Assembly: GCA_963828735.1 (NCBI GenBank)
Contig: CAWHFW010000005.1
Location: 192,001-256,000, forward strand
Source of the DNA: an uncultured Gemmatimonadales bacterium
GTDB taxonomy: Bacteria; Gemmatimonadota; Gemmatimonadetes; Gemmatimonadales; GWC2-71-9
Length of the DNA: 64,000 nt
Reading direction: 5' to 3'
The notes beneath the pieces were generated by a model that was not told the DNA's origin, did not search any database, and saw only the letters and a program-made list of their open reading frames with translations. How positions within the stretch are numbered: the stretch's first letter is position 1; each line of letters opens with the position of its first letter. Positions 9,870 through 18,577 of the stretch are shown here, piece after piece. The position numbers were made by a program, and so were the translations under genes.

Positions 9870-10136
9870 TCAGGCACGGGGCTGTCGGAAGTCGCTGAGG
9901 CGCGAGGGGCGGCCCGCGAACCCGGCGGGGCGCTCCCCACCGCCACGGAACTCGAAATGCCTGTCGTCCAACGGCCGGTCGAGCAGCAGCTCGCCGGACC
10001 GCCGACCGCCCCTGAGCCGGGCCGCGGCGACGCAATCGAGCAGCTCCCCGATCGGCCTCCACTCGTTGGCCGGCACGCCGGGATAGAGACCGGCGAACTC
10101 CTGCCGCAGTCTGGCCTGACGTCGTCCTGTCTGCAT
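9870..10136 (-). CDS. Small hypothetical protein, LYPG...HFEFR family (paralog at 42987-43265)
   Basis: ATG 10136 MQTGRRQARLR...LYPG...W...DRPLDDRHFEFRGG; aligns by eye with the 92-aa ORF at 42987-43265. Confidence 0.75.
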   Translation of the reverse strand: MQTGRRQARLRQEFAGLYPGVPANEWRPIGELLDCVAAARLRGGRRSGELLLDRPLDDRHFEFRGGGERPAGFAGRPSRLSDFRQPRA

Positions 10137-10309
10137 GGACAGCCTGCTTGCCGATGACCTTTTCAAGATATCATCGGCCCGGGAGACCTGCTGTGAGGCG
10201 CTTCATCGAACCGGGGTGACTTCGGAGGTGCGCACGACAGACGGAGGCCACTCGGCTGCGACACGATCGCGCCGCGAGGCCTGTCTCGCGGCGCGGTGTC
10301 AGCCGTACC

Positions 10310-11287
10310 TCAGAACTTGACCTGGGCTTGTGCGATGAGCATGCCGTGGCGGACGCCTGGCGTCCCGATCTTGCGGGACACGTAGTTCCCCAGCAGTCTG
10401 ACCTTGCCGCCACCGAATTCCACGTTCACGCCGCCCGTCGTTCCCAGGTTGCGAACCGCCTCGCTGATCGCCGAGCGCCGGAAATCCTCCTGCTTGAGCA
10501 CGAACTGAACCCAGGGGAGCACGCGATAGGTGCCCTGCGCGTACCAACCCTTGTCATCGAGCCCACCGCCATCGCGATGCTGGCCGATATACTCGCCCTT
10601 GAGGGCGGCGCCTTGGTACTCGAGGCTCAGGTCGACGCCATAGCGCGTGCTGTCCGAGCCGTATTGTGCGAAGTTCCCGCCGAGCGTCAGGTACGCGACC
10701 GGGCGCACCGTCGCCCGACCGACCCAGAGGAGCGACGAGTCCGCGTTCGCCGTGACGTTCTGTCCCTCCCCGTTGAACACTCCCAGGATGAGCGTCGCGC
10801 TCGGGCCGATCGCGTAGTCCGCCATGATGCCGATGTCCCGCTTGGGGGCGATCGAGTCCACCACCGTCGATCGGTCGGCGGTCTCGACGTCGGCCAGTGA
10901 GGTGATGAACTCTCGAGTGAACGGGGTCTTGTACTGCCCCGCCTGAATGCCGAAGTTGCCGGTCCTGTACCGGATGTAGGCGTCCTGGAGCGACACGCTC
11001 GCCTTGCCCGTCCCGACCGCACCGGTTCTGAACTCGCCTTGCACGCGCCAGGTGACGTCTCTCGCGAGACCGCCGTACGCCGTGAGTCGGGCCCGGTTGA
11101 TGGATCCGGTAAGTCCGACCTCGTCGCGGTATGCTTCCCGGGCCTGCAGATAGCCGGTGAAACGCACGCTGGGGGCGGATGGTGGCGCGGGTGCGGGTGC
11201 CGGCGCGGGGCCCTGAGCGGCGGCTCGAGTCGCAGAATCGAAGGAGAGAAAGAGAGGTAGAGCAGGCAGACGGCGGACCCGAGACAC
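10310..11287 (-). CDS. Outer-membrane porin, phosphate-selective porin O/P-like
   Basis: Signal peptide, Pro/Ala linker, RARL, LQDAYI, GQYKTPFTRE, RDIG, GVFNGEG, amphipathic strands and C-terminal aromatic residue (QAQVKF). Confidence 0.8.
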   Translation of the reverse strand: MSRVRRLPALPLFLSFDSATRAAAQGPAPAPAPAPPSAPSVRFTGYLQAREAYRDEVGLTGSINRARLTAYGGLARDVTWRVQGEFRTGAVGTGKASVSLQDAYIRYRTGNFGIQAGQYKTPFTREFITSLADVETADRSTVVDSIAPKRDIGIMADYAIGPSATLILGVFNGEGQNVTANADSSLLWVGRATVRPVAYLTLGGNFAQYGSDSTRYGVDLSLEYQGAALKGEYIGQHRDGGGLDDKGWYAQGTYRVLPWVQFVLKQEDFRRSAISEAVRNLGTTGGVNVEFGGGKVRLLGNYVSRKIGTPGVRHGMLIAQAQVKF

Positions 11288-11330
11288 GGAACGCGCATGG
11301 GCTGTCCGGGATGGAGGTGTTGAAGTCGCT

Positions 11331-11400
11331 TGAGGGTAAATTAGGGTGCGTTAGAGCCAATTTTGGTTGCCCATGTCAGTTTATCAAGTATTATAGGGAT
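11331..11400. promoter_or_regulatory. AT-rich divergent promoter region with 10-bp phased imperfect direct repeats
   Basis: TGAGGGT/TTAGGGT/TTAGAGC/TTTTGGT start at 11331, 11341, 11351 and 11361; TATTAT -10-like hexamer just before the ATG at 11405. Confidence 0.4.
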
Positions 11401-11404
11401 CAAC

Positions 11405-11800
11405 ATGGGACTCTTGAGCGCTGATCAGGCGGCCTCCTATCTCCACCTGAACGTCAAGCGCGTTCAGGCGCTGGCTCGGGCGGGCAAGCTCCCCGGTCGC
11501 CGAGTCGGACGGAAATGGCTGTTCGACGAGCGCGACCTCGACGCGGCGCTCGGGCGCGGTGCCCGGGCCGAGGTCGGCGGTCTCGACCTGAGCGCCCGGA
11601 ACCAGCTTCACGGCCGCGTGCTCGGGCTCGCCGTCGATGGACTGATGGCGGAGGTTCGCATCGGCATCGGCGATCAGGAGCTGGTGGCCATCATCACCCG
11701 GAGCTCGGCCGAACGGCTTCGCCTCAAGGTCGGCGAATCGGTGTTCGCCGTCGTGAAGTCCACCGAGGTCATGATCGCGAAAGGCACCGCCCCGTCATGA
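11405..11800 (+). CDS. Excisionase-like HTH + TOBE/Mop molybdate-responsive regulator
   Basis: LLSADQAASYLHLNVKRVQALARAGKLPGRRVGRKWLF (HTH_17) fused to LSARNQLHG...IITRSSAERLRL...VKSTEVMI (Mop/TOBE); first gene of the mod operon. Confidence 0.88.
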   Translation: MGLLSADQAASYLHLNVKRVQALARAGKLPGRRVGRKWLFDERDLDAALGRGARAEVGGLDLSARNQLHGRVLGLAVDGLMAEVRIGIGDQELVAIITRSSAERLRLKVGESVFAVVKSTEVMIAKGTAPS

Positions 11801-12613
11801 ACATCGTGATTCGTCTCGCCCTGGCCGCCCTCGGCGTTCCGCTCCTGGCCAGCCGCCCGGTCGAGCCCGCACCGTCGACGCTCAACGTGTTCGCGGCGGC
11901 CTCGCTCACCGAGGCGTTCACCGACCTGGGTCACACCCTCGAGCAGCGGAACCCCGGCCTCACGGTCCAGTTCAACTTCGCGGGGTCCCAGCAGCTGGCA
12001 CTCCAGATCGAACAGGGCGCGCCGGCCGACGTGTTCGCCTCCGCCGACCAGCGCTGGATGGACTACGCGAAGGGAAAGGGAGAGGTGGAAGGCGAGGCAC
12101 CGACGTTCGCGCGGAATCGTCTCATCGTCATCGTGCCCAAGACGAATCCCGCACGCATCGGCGCGCTGCCCGACCTGGCCCGCCGCGGAACCAAGATCGT
12201 CATGGCCGCCGAAGCGGTACCGGTCGGGAAGTACAGCCGCGAGGCGCTGCAGAAGCTGGCCGGCGCCCAAGGCTATCCGGAGGGGTACGACCGAAAGGTG
12301 CTCGCCAACGTGGTGTCGCAGGAAGAGAACGTGAAGAGCGTGGTCAGCAAGGTCCAGCTCGGCGAGGCCGACGCCGGGATCGTCTACCGCTCGGACGTCA
12401 CGCCGGCCGCGTGCGCGCTACGTCCGGGAGTTCGCGATCCCCGACGAATACAACGTGATCGCGGACTATCCGATCGCGGTGCTCAAGTCCGCCAGGAATC
12501 CCGAAGCGGCCCGCCTGTTCGTGGAGCTCGTGCGGAGCGAGGACGGGCAGAAGGTCCTGGAGCAGCATGGCCTGCTCCGCGCCATGGCCGCCGAGCCGGT
12601 GCCCCACCCCTGA
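11797..12613 (+). pseudogene. modA: Molybdate ABC transporter substrate-binding protein, +1 frameshift near 12412 (real or sequencing error)
   Basis: ATG 11797: VFAAASLTEAF, NFAGSQQL, ADVFASAD, VPVGKY, GEADAGIVYRSD. The continuation RYVREFAIPDEYNVIADYPIAV...QKVLEQHGL is in the +1 frame and stops at 12613. Confidence 0.85.
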
Positions 12614-13465
12614 CGCTGTCGCAGCGGATCGCCCCGCGGCCCGCCCCTCTGGCGACGTTCGCGCTCCGCGCGACGGGGGCGGTGCTCGCCGGTCTGTTGC
12701 TGGTGCTGCTGGGCCTCCCGCTGGTGAGCCTGCTGGTCCGCCTGTCTCCCGGCGCGCTCGCTCGAGCGCCTGCGCGAGCCGTTGGTGCTCCAGGCGCTCC
12801 GGCTCAGCCTCGTCACCAGTCTTTCCGCCACCCTCGTCGTCATCGCGCTCGGGCTGCCCGTGGCGTACCTGCTCGCGATGCGCGAGTTTCGCGGGAAGCG
12901 CGTCCTCGAGGCGTTCATCGACCTCCCGATGGTGTTGCCGCCGACGGTGGCCGGCGTCGCGCTGCTCACGGCCTTCGGCCGAAACGGGCTCGCAGGCCAC
13001 GCCCTCGGCGCCCTGGGCATCACGCTGCCCTTCACGACGCTGGGAGTCGTGGTCGCCCAGGCGTTCGTCGCGGCGCCGTTCTTCATCGGCGCCGCCCGGG
13101 CCGGCTTCACGGAAGTGGATCGCAAATACCTCGACGCCGCCGCGACCCTGCGCGCGTCCCCGGCGCGTGCCTTTCTCTCGGTGCTCGTCCCGCTGGCCGC
13201 ACCTGGCCTGCTGGCCGGCGCCGCGACGGGCTGGGCCCGGGCGCTCGGCGAGTTCGGCGCGACCATCACCTTCGCCGGCAACATGCCGGGGATCACACAG
13301 ACGATGCCGCTCGCCGTGTATCTCGCACTGCAGAGCGATCTGGAGGCCGCCATCGCGCTCTCGGTCCTGCTGCTCCTCTTCTCGTTGACGGTCCTGCTCG
13401 CCATCCGGCTCAGCCCTTCGAGCCTCACCGTGCTGGTCGCACGTGCTCGACGCACGGCTCGTTAA
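12610..13465 (+). pseudogene. modB: Molybdate ABC transporter permease, +1 frameshift near 12760 (real or sequencing error)
   Basis: First TM segment (GLLLVLLGLPLVSLL) is in the frame starting at 12610. The rest (LERLREPLVLQALRLSL...DLPMVLPPTVAG...WARALGEFGATITFAGN) is in the +1 frame. Confidence 0.85.
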
Positions 13466-14516
13466 GCACCGCTCCGCATTCACGCTCGACGTCGCGTTCC
13501 AGGCACCCTCCGGCAGCACCACGGTGCTGGTGGGCGAGAGCGGCGCGGGCAAGACCTCCGTGCTCCGCCTGCTCACGGGTCTCGACCGCCTGGACGACGG
13601 CTTGGTCACCCTGGGCGCGGAACGCTACGCCGACGCATCTCTCGGCCTGCACCGTGACCCGTGGCAGCGCGAGATCGGCTATGTCGCGCAGGACTACGCG
13701 TTGTTTCCGCACCTGTCCGTGTTCGACAATGTGGCCTTTGGTCTCCGCGCCGCCGGCGTCGAGCGCCGCAGAATCCGCTCCATGGTCGAGGAGGCACTCG
13801 GCCTGCTCGGCATTGACGCGCTCGAGGCTCGCGCCTCGCTCCAGCTCTCGGGAGGTCAGCAGCAGCGCGTCGCGCTGGCGCGGGCACTCGTGCTGAGCCC
13901 GCGTCTGCTCCTGCTCGACGAGCCCCTGTCCTCGCTCGACCTTCAGACCCGGCGCGCGGTTCGCGGCGAGCTCCGCGCCCTGCTCCAGCGGCTGGACTGC
14001 GTGACGGTGTACGTCACCCACAGTCCGGTCGAAGCGCTCGTGTTCGGCGATCAGATCGTGGTGCTCGAGCAGGGGCACGTGGCGCAGGCGGGGACACGCG
14101 AGGACCTGCTTCGGCGACCCAGGTCCTCGTTCGTGGCGGAGCTGGTCGGGACCAATCTGTTCGTGGGGCGGCCGAGGGAGGGCGGGCCGCTCTTCTTGCC
14201 GACCATTCGGACCGCGGAGGGCGAGTTCTTGGTGGAGGATGCGCCCGGTCCGGGCACCGTGTTCCTGACCGTAAGCCCGCGAGAGATCACCCTCTCTCCC
14301 CGCATCCCTGAAACCAGCGCGCAGAACGTCTTCCTCAGCACGATTCGCGAGATCATTCCCGAGGCACCTGCGGGCGACCGGGTCCGCGTGGTGCTCGACG
14401 CACGCCCCACCCTGGTCGCCGAGGTCACCCGCGAGGCGGTCGCCACGCTCGACCTTCAGGTCGGCATGCGGATCCACGCCACGTTCAAGGCGACCGGCGT
14501 GCACGTGTACGCCTAA
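13443..14516 (+). CDS. modC: Molybdate ABC transporter ATP-binding protein with C-terminal TOBE
   Basis: GESGAGKT, QDYALFPHL, LSGGQQQRVALARAL, LLLDEP, VTH; C-terminal ...ATFKAT TOBE. Confidence 0.92.
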   Translation: MLDARLVKHRSAFTLDVAFQAPSGSTTVLVGESGAGKTSVLRLLTGLDRLDDGLVTLGAERYADASLGLHRDPWQREIGYVAQDYALFPHLSVFDNVAFGLRAAGVERRRIRSMVEEALGLLGIDALEARASLQLSGGQQQRVALARALVLSPRLLLLDEPLSSLDLQTRRAVRGELRALLQRLDCVTVYVTHSPVEALVFGDQIVVLEQGHVAQAGTREDLLRRPRSSFVAELVGTNLFVGRPREGGPLFLPTIRTAEGEFLVEDAPGPGTVFLTVSPREITLSPRIPETSAQNVFLSTIREIIPEAPAGDRVRVVLDARPTLVAEVTREAVATLDLQVGMRIHATFKATGVHVYA

Positions 14517-14753
14517 GCGCCGGTGCCCCCACCGCAGCACGACCGTTGAAACATACGTTACAACATGCGTTGTGCGGTGGTTTTCGCTAAAACAATCCAA
14601 GCCTGCTTCGCCTGTGCAAGACCTCCATGGCCTCGGCCTGCTAGCGTGCCAAGCAACCCGGTCCTGGCGAGCGCCAAGTCCTCGACCCTCCCAACCACAT
14701 TCCGGTCGCCCGGTGGGCGGCCCTCAAGCTCGAATTCCTCAGGAGGTCTCCAT

Positions 14754-15272
14754 ATGGAAAGTGTCCGCCTTTTCAAGATCGCTGTCGGCGCCCTGCTCCC
14801 AGTGGTTGCTGCCTGCAGTGACGACAACGCGCCGGCAGCTCCAGCGACGAGCTTCACGGCTACGCTGTCGGGGGCCAACGAGGTTCCGGCAGTGACGACC
14901 CCCGCGACGGGGACCGCGACGCTGACGGTGAGCGGCTCGGTCATTCAATACACGGTGAACGTGACCGATCTGCAAAACGCAGTCGTGGCGCACATTCACA
15001 TCGCGCCGACTGGCCAGAACGGCCCCGTGCGCCTCAACCTATGCGGCACCGGTGACCCGCTGCCTGCGTGCACGAGCGGCACCGGGGTCCTGGCCACGGG
15101 CAGCAACGGGACGACCGTTGGCGATCCGGCGATCACGTTCGACTCCTTGCTCTCGGCGATGCGCACGGGGGGAGCGTACGTCAACGTGCACACGAGCGCA
15201 GCCGACTGCACGCCTGGCAGCCCGGGCTGCAACCCGGGGGGTGAGATTCGCGGGCAGGTCACCAGCAACTGA
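14754..15272 (+). CDS. CHRD-domain lipoprotein
   Basis: AGGAGG RBS; lipobox VAAC; LSGANEVP...ATGTA, AHIH...GQNGPV, YVNVHT...PGGEIRGQV. Confidence 0.9.
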   Translation: MESVRLFKIAVGALLPVVAACSDDNAPAAPATSFTATLSGANEVPAVTTPATGTATLTVSGSVIQYTVNVTDLQNAVVAHIHIAPTGQNGPVRLNLCGTGDPLPACTSGTGVLATGSNGTTVGDPAITFDSLLSAMRTGGAYVNVHTSAADCTPGSPGCNPGGEIRGQVTSN

Positions 15273-15289
15273 AGAGGAGGCTTGCCGCC

Positions 15290-15318
15290 ACCGGCGACGC
15301 GCTGGGCGTCGCCGGTTT
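15290..15318. terminator. Hairpin between convergent genes
   Basis: ACCGGCGACGC-gctgg-GCGTCGCCGGT, an 11-bp perfect stem followed by a short T run. Confidence 0.6.
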
Positions 15319-15328
15319 AGTTGCCGGT

Positions 15329-16546
15329 CTAGAGGGACTTGAGGTATTCCACCAGGTCGGCCTTCTGCTGCGCCGTCAGATTGAGGCCCTGCCTCGTGTC
15401 GTAGCGCTCCACTACCGCCTCGAGCGTCGATGCAATCCCGTTGTGGAAGTACGGCGGGTGCAGCTGGAGCGCCCGCAGTGGGGTTGTGCGGTACAGCTTC
15501 GTCGCGCTTCGCGCGGCCGCGCTCGGCGCACCGTTCGGCTCTGGCTCGCTCACGACCTCAGAGGGTGAATGCAGCCGGGTGTTCGCGTCCGTGAGCAGGG
15601 TCCCCATGTGGCAGGTCGAGCATTTGCCGGCCCCGGTGAAGACCGCCCGCCCGCGGCTCGCCGCGGCCGCGTCGAAGCTTCCGGCGGCCGGCTTCGGCGC
15701 GTTGATGCTCAGTTGGTATGCTTGCAGTGCGGCAAGCTTGTCCGAGATCAGGTCGGGCGGATTCTGGACGTTGATGCCGAGCCGGGGCTCCGCAAATGAT
15801 CCGTGGCCGTGCATCTGCGTGACGCCCACGTATCGGTTCCAGTATTCAATGTCCTGGCCGTCCCCCGTGAACGTGATGCTGTTGACGCCCCGAAGGCCGT
15901 ACGCCGGCGGGATGAGCACGGGTCCGTTCAGGCCGTCGAAGTTGATGCGAGGATCGAAGCGTCCCGGCCCCCACGAATTGTAGATCGCCTTCTGCTCAGG
16001 GGTGAGCACCGGTGAAAGCGCCACGATCGCGCCCGGATTGAGCTCGAGATTGGGCCAGCCATCGAGCCGCGAGCCGATCCCCTTCGCGATCCGGTCATCG
16101 ACCGTCGAGTGGCACAAGGCGCAGGTGGTACCGAGCTGCGTGATCTGGTTGTTCGTGTCCACGGTAGCCCGCAGGCCCACCACCGCCCCGAGCTTGAGCA
16201 GCGTGACCGTCGTCGCCGGGTCGTTCAGGTCCACTTGCCCGGCCTGAATGGCTTGCAGCACCTCCGGGGGCAGTGTATCCGCATCCACCTTGAGGCCGAC
16301 CGCGAGCGCCGTGGTGGGTGGGACGTGCTGCACGATCTCGTGCAGGCGCAGCGTGTCGGTCCAGAACGTCTCGTCGCCGAACGTCTCGAAACGGAAGATC
16401 TGCTGGCCCTCGTCTATCACCGGCCCGGACGGTGCGGTCGGCTCGGAATCGTGGCTGCAGGAGATCGCGATGAGCACGCTCGCGGCCACGCCGAGCAGCG
16501 GCAGCCATCGCATCCCTCGCACCGACATCGCTGACATATTTGCCAT
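15329..16546 (-). CDS. Diheme c-type cytochrome lipoprotein (cytochrome c peroxidase-like C-terminus)
   Basis: Two CxxCH motifs (CALCH, CSTCH), YRTTPLR...PPYFHNG...TLEAVV...DLVEYLKSL; lipobox-like AISC. Confidence 0.8.
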   Translation of the reverse strand: MANMSAMSVRGMRWLPLLGVAASVLIAISCSHDSEPTAPSGPVIDEGQQIFRFETFGDETFWTDTLRLHEIVQHVPPTTALAVGLKVDADTLPPEVLQAIQAGQVDLNDPATTVTLLKLGAVVGLRATVDTNNQITQLGTTCALCHSTVDDRIAKGIGSRLDGWPNLELNPGAIVALSPVLTPEQKAIYNSWGPGRFDPRINFDGLNGPVLIPPAYGLRGVNSITFTGDGQDIEYWNRYVGVTQMHGHGSFAEPRLGINVQNPPDLISDKLAALQAYQLSINAPKPAAGSFDAAAASRGRAVFTGAGKCSTCHMGTLLTDANTRLHSPSEVVSEPEPNGAPSAAARSATKLYRTTPLRALQLHPPYFHNGIASTLEAVVERYDTRQGLNLTAQQKADLVEYLKSL

Positions 16547-16603
16547 GTTCTCCTCCTTGCCGCGCGTCGGTTGCGTCCCGCACGCATCATCACACAGGGT
16601 CAG

Positions 16604-16969
16604 TTATCGAACGATCAGCTTACCCAGCATGGTGGGGTGCAACTCGCAGAAATAGGAATTCTCGCCGCGGTGGTTCGCGACGTAGTGCCCGCTCACGCCT
16701 TGAGGCATCGGACCCGTGTTCCATCCGCCTTTCCGCTTGGCCGTCGCGGTGTGCGGGACGATGTCCCGATTGATCCAGACGACGGTGTCCCCGCGCTGCA
16801 CCTCCAGCACTTCCGGGTGAAACGCCATTCCTCGGATCTCGATGAGCTGGCGGTGGGGAGCGGGATCGCTCGGTCGCGGGGAAACGGCGGCGGCGGTGAG
16901 GACCAGGACTCCGGCCACCGCCAGCGCGGCGACCGGAATTCCAGCGGCCCAGGGCCTCACACTCGTCAC
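16604..16969 (-). CDS. Cupredoxin (amicyanin/plastocyanin-like blue copper protein)
   Basis: GDTVVWINRDIVPHTAT and YFCELHPTM give a type-1 Cu H/C/H/M set; signal peptide. Confidence 0.88.
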   Translation of the reverse strand: MTSVRPWAAGIPVAALAVAGVLVLTAAAVSPRPSDPAPHRQLIEIRGMAFHPEVLEVQRGDTVVWINRDIVPHTATAKRKGGWNTGPMPQGVSGHYVANHRGENSYFCELHPTMLGKLIVR

Positions 16970-17511
16970 TTGCTGGCGACCAGCACGCCCTGGAGCTTCT
17001 TCGCGTGCTCGAGATGCGTCGCGATGGCCGGCCGCACGTCAACGAGAAGCTGCTTGAGCTCGGCGTTCTCGGTCGTGGGGATCAGAAGCTTGTCCAGCGC
17101 ATCGAGCACGGCCTGGTGATACGCCACTTCCCGGTCGATGTAGGCCTTGTCGAACGCCTTGCCCTTGAGCGGCTCGATCGTGGCGCGAGCCTCGGCCGCC
17201 CCCTTCAGGAGCGACTGGCTGACGTCGTTGTCCTTCGGGGTGACGCCGAGCTTGGCAGCGAGCGCCGACGCCTGCGCGTTCACGGCGCTGTGGTCGGTGA
17301 CCATGGTCTTCGCGAACTGCTTCACGTCATGATTGGCCGTGCGCGACTGCGCCAGCTTGGCCAAGTCGATGTCGATGCTGTTGGCGGTCACCGCCACGTG
17401 GGCGACCTCGGAGTCCGACAGGTCTGGGCTGGCTGCCTGGGCGTGCAAGCCGGTGGAGAGGGCGAAGCTGAGGAACAGCGAGAGCACCGGGTAACTGGAA
17501 GGTCGTGACAT
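16966..17511 (-). CDS. DUF4142 (ferritin-like) exported protein
   Basis: ANSIDIDLAKLA, VKQFAKTMVTDH, GKAFDKAYIDREVAYH, LIP, HLEHAK. Confidence 0.85.
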   Translation of the reverse strand: MSRPSSYPVLSLFLSFALSTGLHAQAASPDLSDSEVAHVAVTANSIDIDLAKLAQSRTANHDVKQFAKTMVTDHSAVNAQASALAAKLGVTPKDNDVSQSLLKGAAEARATIEPLKGKAFDKAYIDREVAYHQAVLDALDKLLIPTTENAELKQLLVDVRPAIATHLEHAKKLQGVLVASK

Positions 17512-17571
17512 GGGGCGGCTCCGTGGCGATGGGTTAGATGTTGACCAACGCCACGTTAGCTGGCTTATACT

Positions 17572-17608
17572 AGTTTGTCAATAGATTGATATGATAACTT
17601 GACTAACT
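17572..17608. promoter_or_regulatory. Inverted repeat, candidate operator in AT-rich divergent promoter
   Basis: AGTTTGTCAA-N17-TTGACTAACT (9/10 complementary) between the DUF4142 gene and the divergent regulator. Confidence 0.5.
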
Positions 17609-17651
17609 CGCGGCCGCACAATATGTTCATTCACTCCTAACAGGCTGGAGC

Positions 17652-18317
17652 ATGACAAACTGGGTGGAGCAACTCACCGGCGAGACGAGGGCGAAGCTGC
17701 TCACCCTCCTTCGCCGATCGCGTCGGACGATCACCGCACTCGCGGATGCGTTGCACGTGACGGACAACGCGGTTCGCACGCACGTGGCCGCCCTGGAGCG
17801 AGACGGGCTCGTCGAACAGGTGGGCACGCAGCGGGACACCGGCGGCAAGCCGGCCCGCGTGTATGCGATGACCGCCGAGGGTGAGGAGCTGTTCCCCAAG
17901 GCCTACGCGCTCGTGCTCGGCGAGCTGGTGGCGGAGATTGCGCGTGAGGATGGCTGGGAGCGTGCCACGGCGCTGTTGAGCGCCGTGGGCCGGCGGGCCG
18001 CCTCAGGGGCGGCCGCACCAGCGGATCGGGACGGTCGAGTCGCCGTCGCCGCTGCCGCGCTGCGCAGCCTGGGTGGAGATGTCGAGATCCAGCGCACGGA
18101 GCAAGGGTATACGCTGCAGGGATACGCCTGCCCGCTCTCGGCCGTGACCGGGAAGCATCCCCAGGTCTGTGCCCTGGCCCGGGCGCTCGTTGAGGAGATT
18201 ACGGGACCGTCGGTCACGGAGTGTTGCGAGCGAGGGGACCGGCCACAGTGCAGGTTCCGCATCGATTGCGAGCCAGAGTCCCAGCGTGCGGTGGAGCGCG
18301 TCCTTCCACGCAACTAA
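17652..18317 (+). CDS. ArsR/SufR-like (COG2345-type) HTH regulator with Cys-rich C-terminus
   Basis: ALADALHVTDNAVRTHVAALERDGLV...GGKPARVYAMTAEGEELFPKAY; YACPL...VC...ECC...QCRF. Confidence 0.82.
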   Translation: MTNWVEQLTGETRAKLLTLLRRSRRTITALADALHVTDNAVRTHVAALERDGLVEQVGTQRDTGGKPARVYAMTAEGEELFPKAYALVLGELVAEIAREDGWERATALLSAVGRRAASGAAAPADRDGRVAVAAAALRSLGGDVEIQRTEQGYTLQGYACPLSAVTGKHPQVCALARALVEEITGPSVTECCERGDRPQCRFRIDCEPESQRAVERVLPRN

Positions 18318-18345
18318 GGAGCTGGTGCTGAAAAACGTTTCCTAG

Positions 18346-18370
18346 GGAGCGTACCGGCATCGAACCGGTG
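18346..18370 (-). repeat. Copy of the tRNA-Ala 3' end (att-like direct repeat)
   Basis: GGAGCGTACCGGCATCGAACCGGTG vs GGAGCGTACCGGGATCGAACCGGTG at 34485-34509: 24/25 identical, same orientation. Confidence 0.85.
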
Positions 18371-18577
18371 GCGAGCGGCGCGGTGCCCGAGTCCAGCGCC
18401 CCGGACCGGCGGAAGGCCTCCGCTGCCCGGCGCCACCCGGTCGTCCACCGCACAGCCTTCGGCCCGCAAGCCCGCCAGCACCCGATCAAAATCGTAACGG
18501 ACTCGTCGATCAGGCACAGTCGCGGTAGACGCTGCGACTGAGCGCTAGGTACACCTTTTGAGTCGCCAGGTCGGAAA

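Noticed and set aside
11230..11298. Frameshift at the porin 5' end (alternative ATG at 11298)
   Set aside because: The in-frame GTG at 11287 already gives a plausible signal peptide, so no frameshift is needed.
11515..13896. 793-aa ORF suggesting a ModA-ModB fusion
   Set aside because: Artefact of two +1 frameshifts: only the N-terminal parts of ModA and ModB are in this frame, and the rest is low-complexity off-frame sequence.
14540..14600. ModE box in the AT-rich patch after modC
   Set aside because: Poor fit to the palindromic ModE consensus; more likely the CHRD gene promoter.
18340..18430. Second tRNA or tmRNA
   Set aside because: Only 25 nt match the tRNA 3' end; no anticodon or D arm and no tag reading frame seen.
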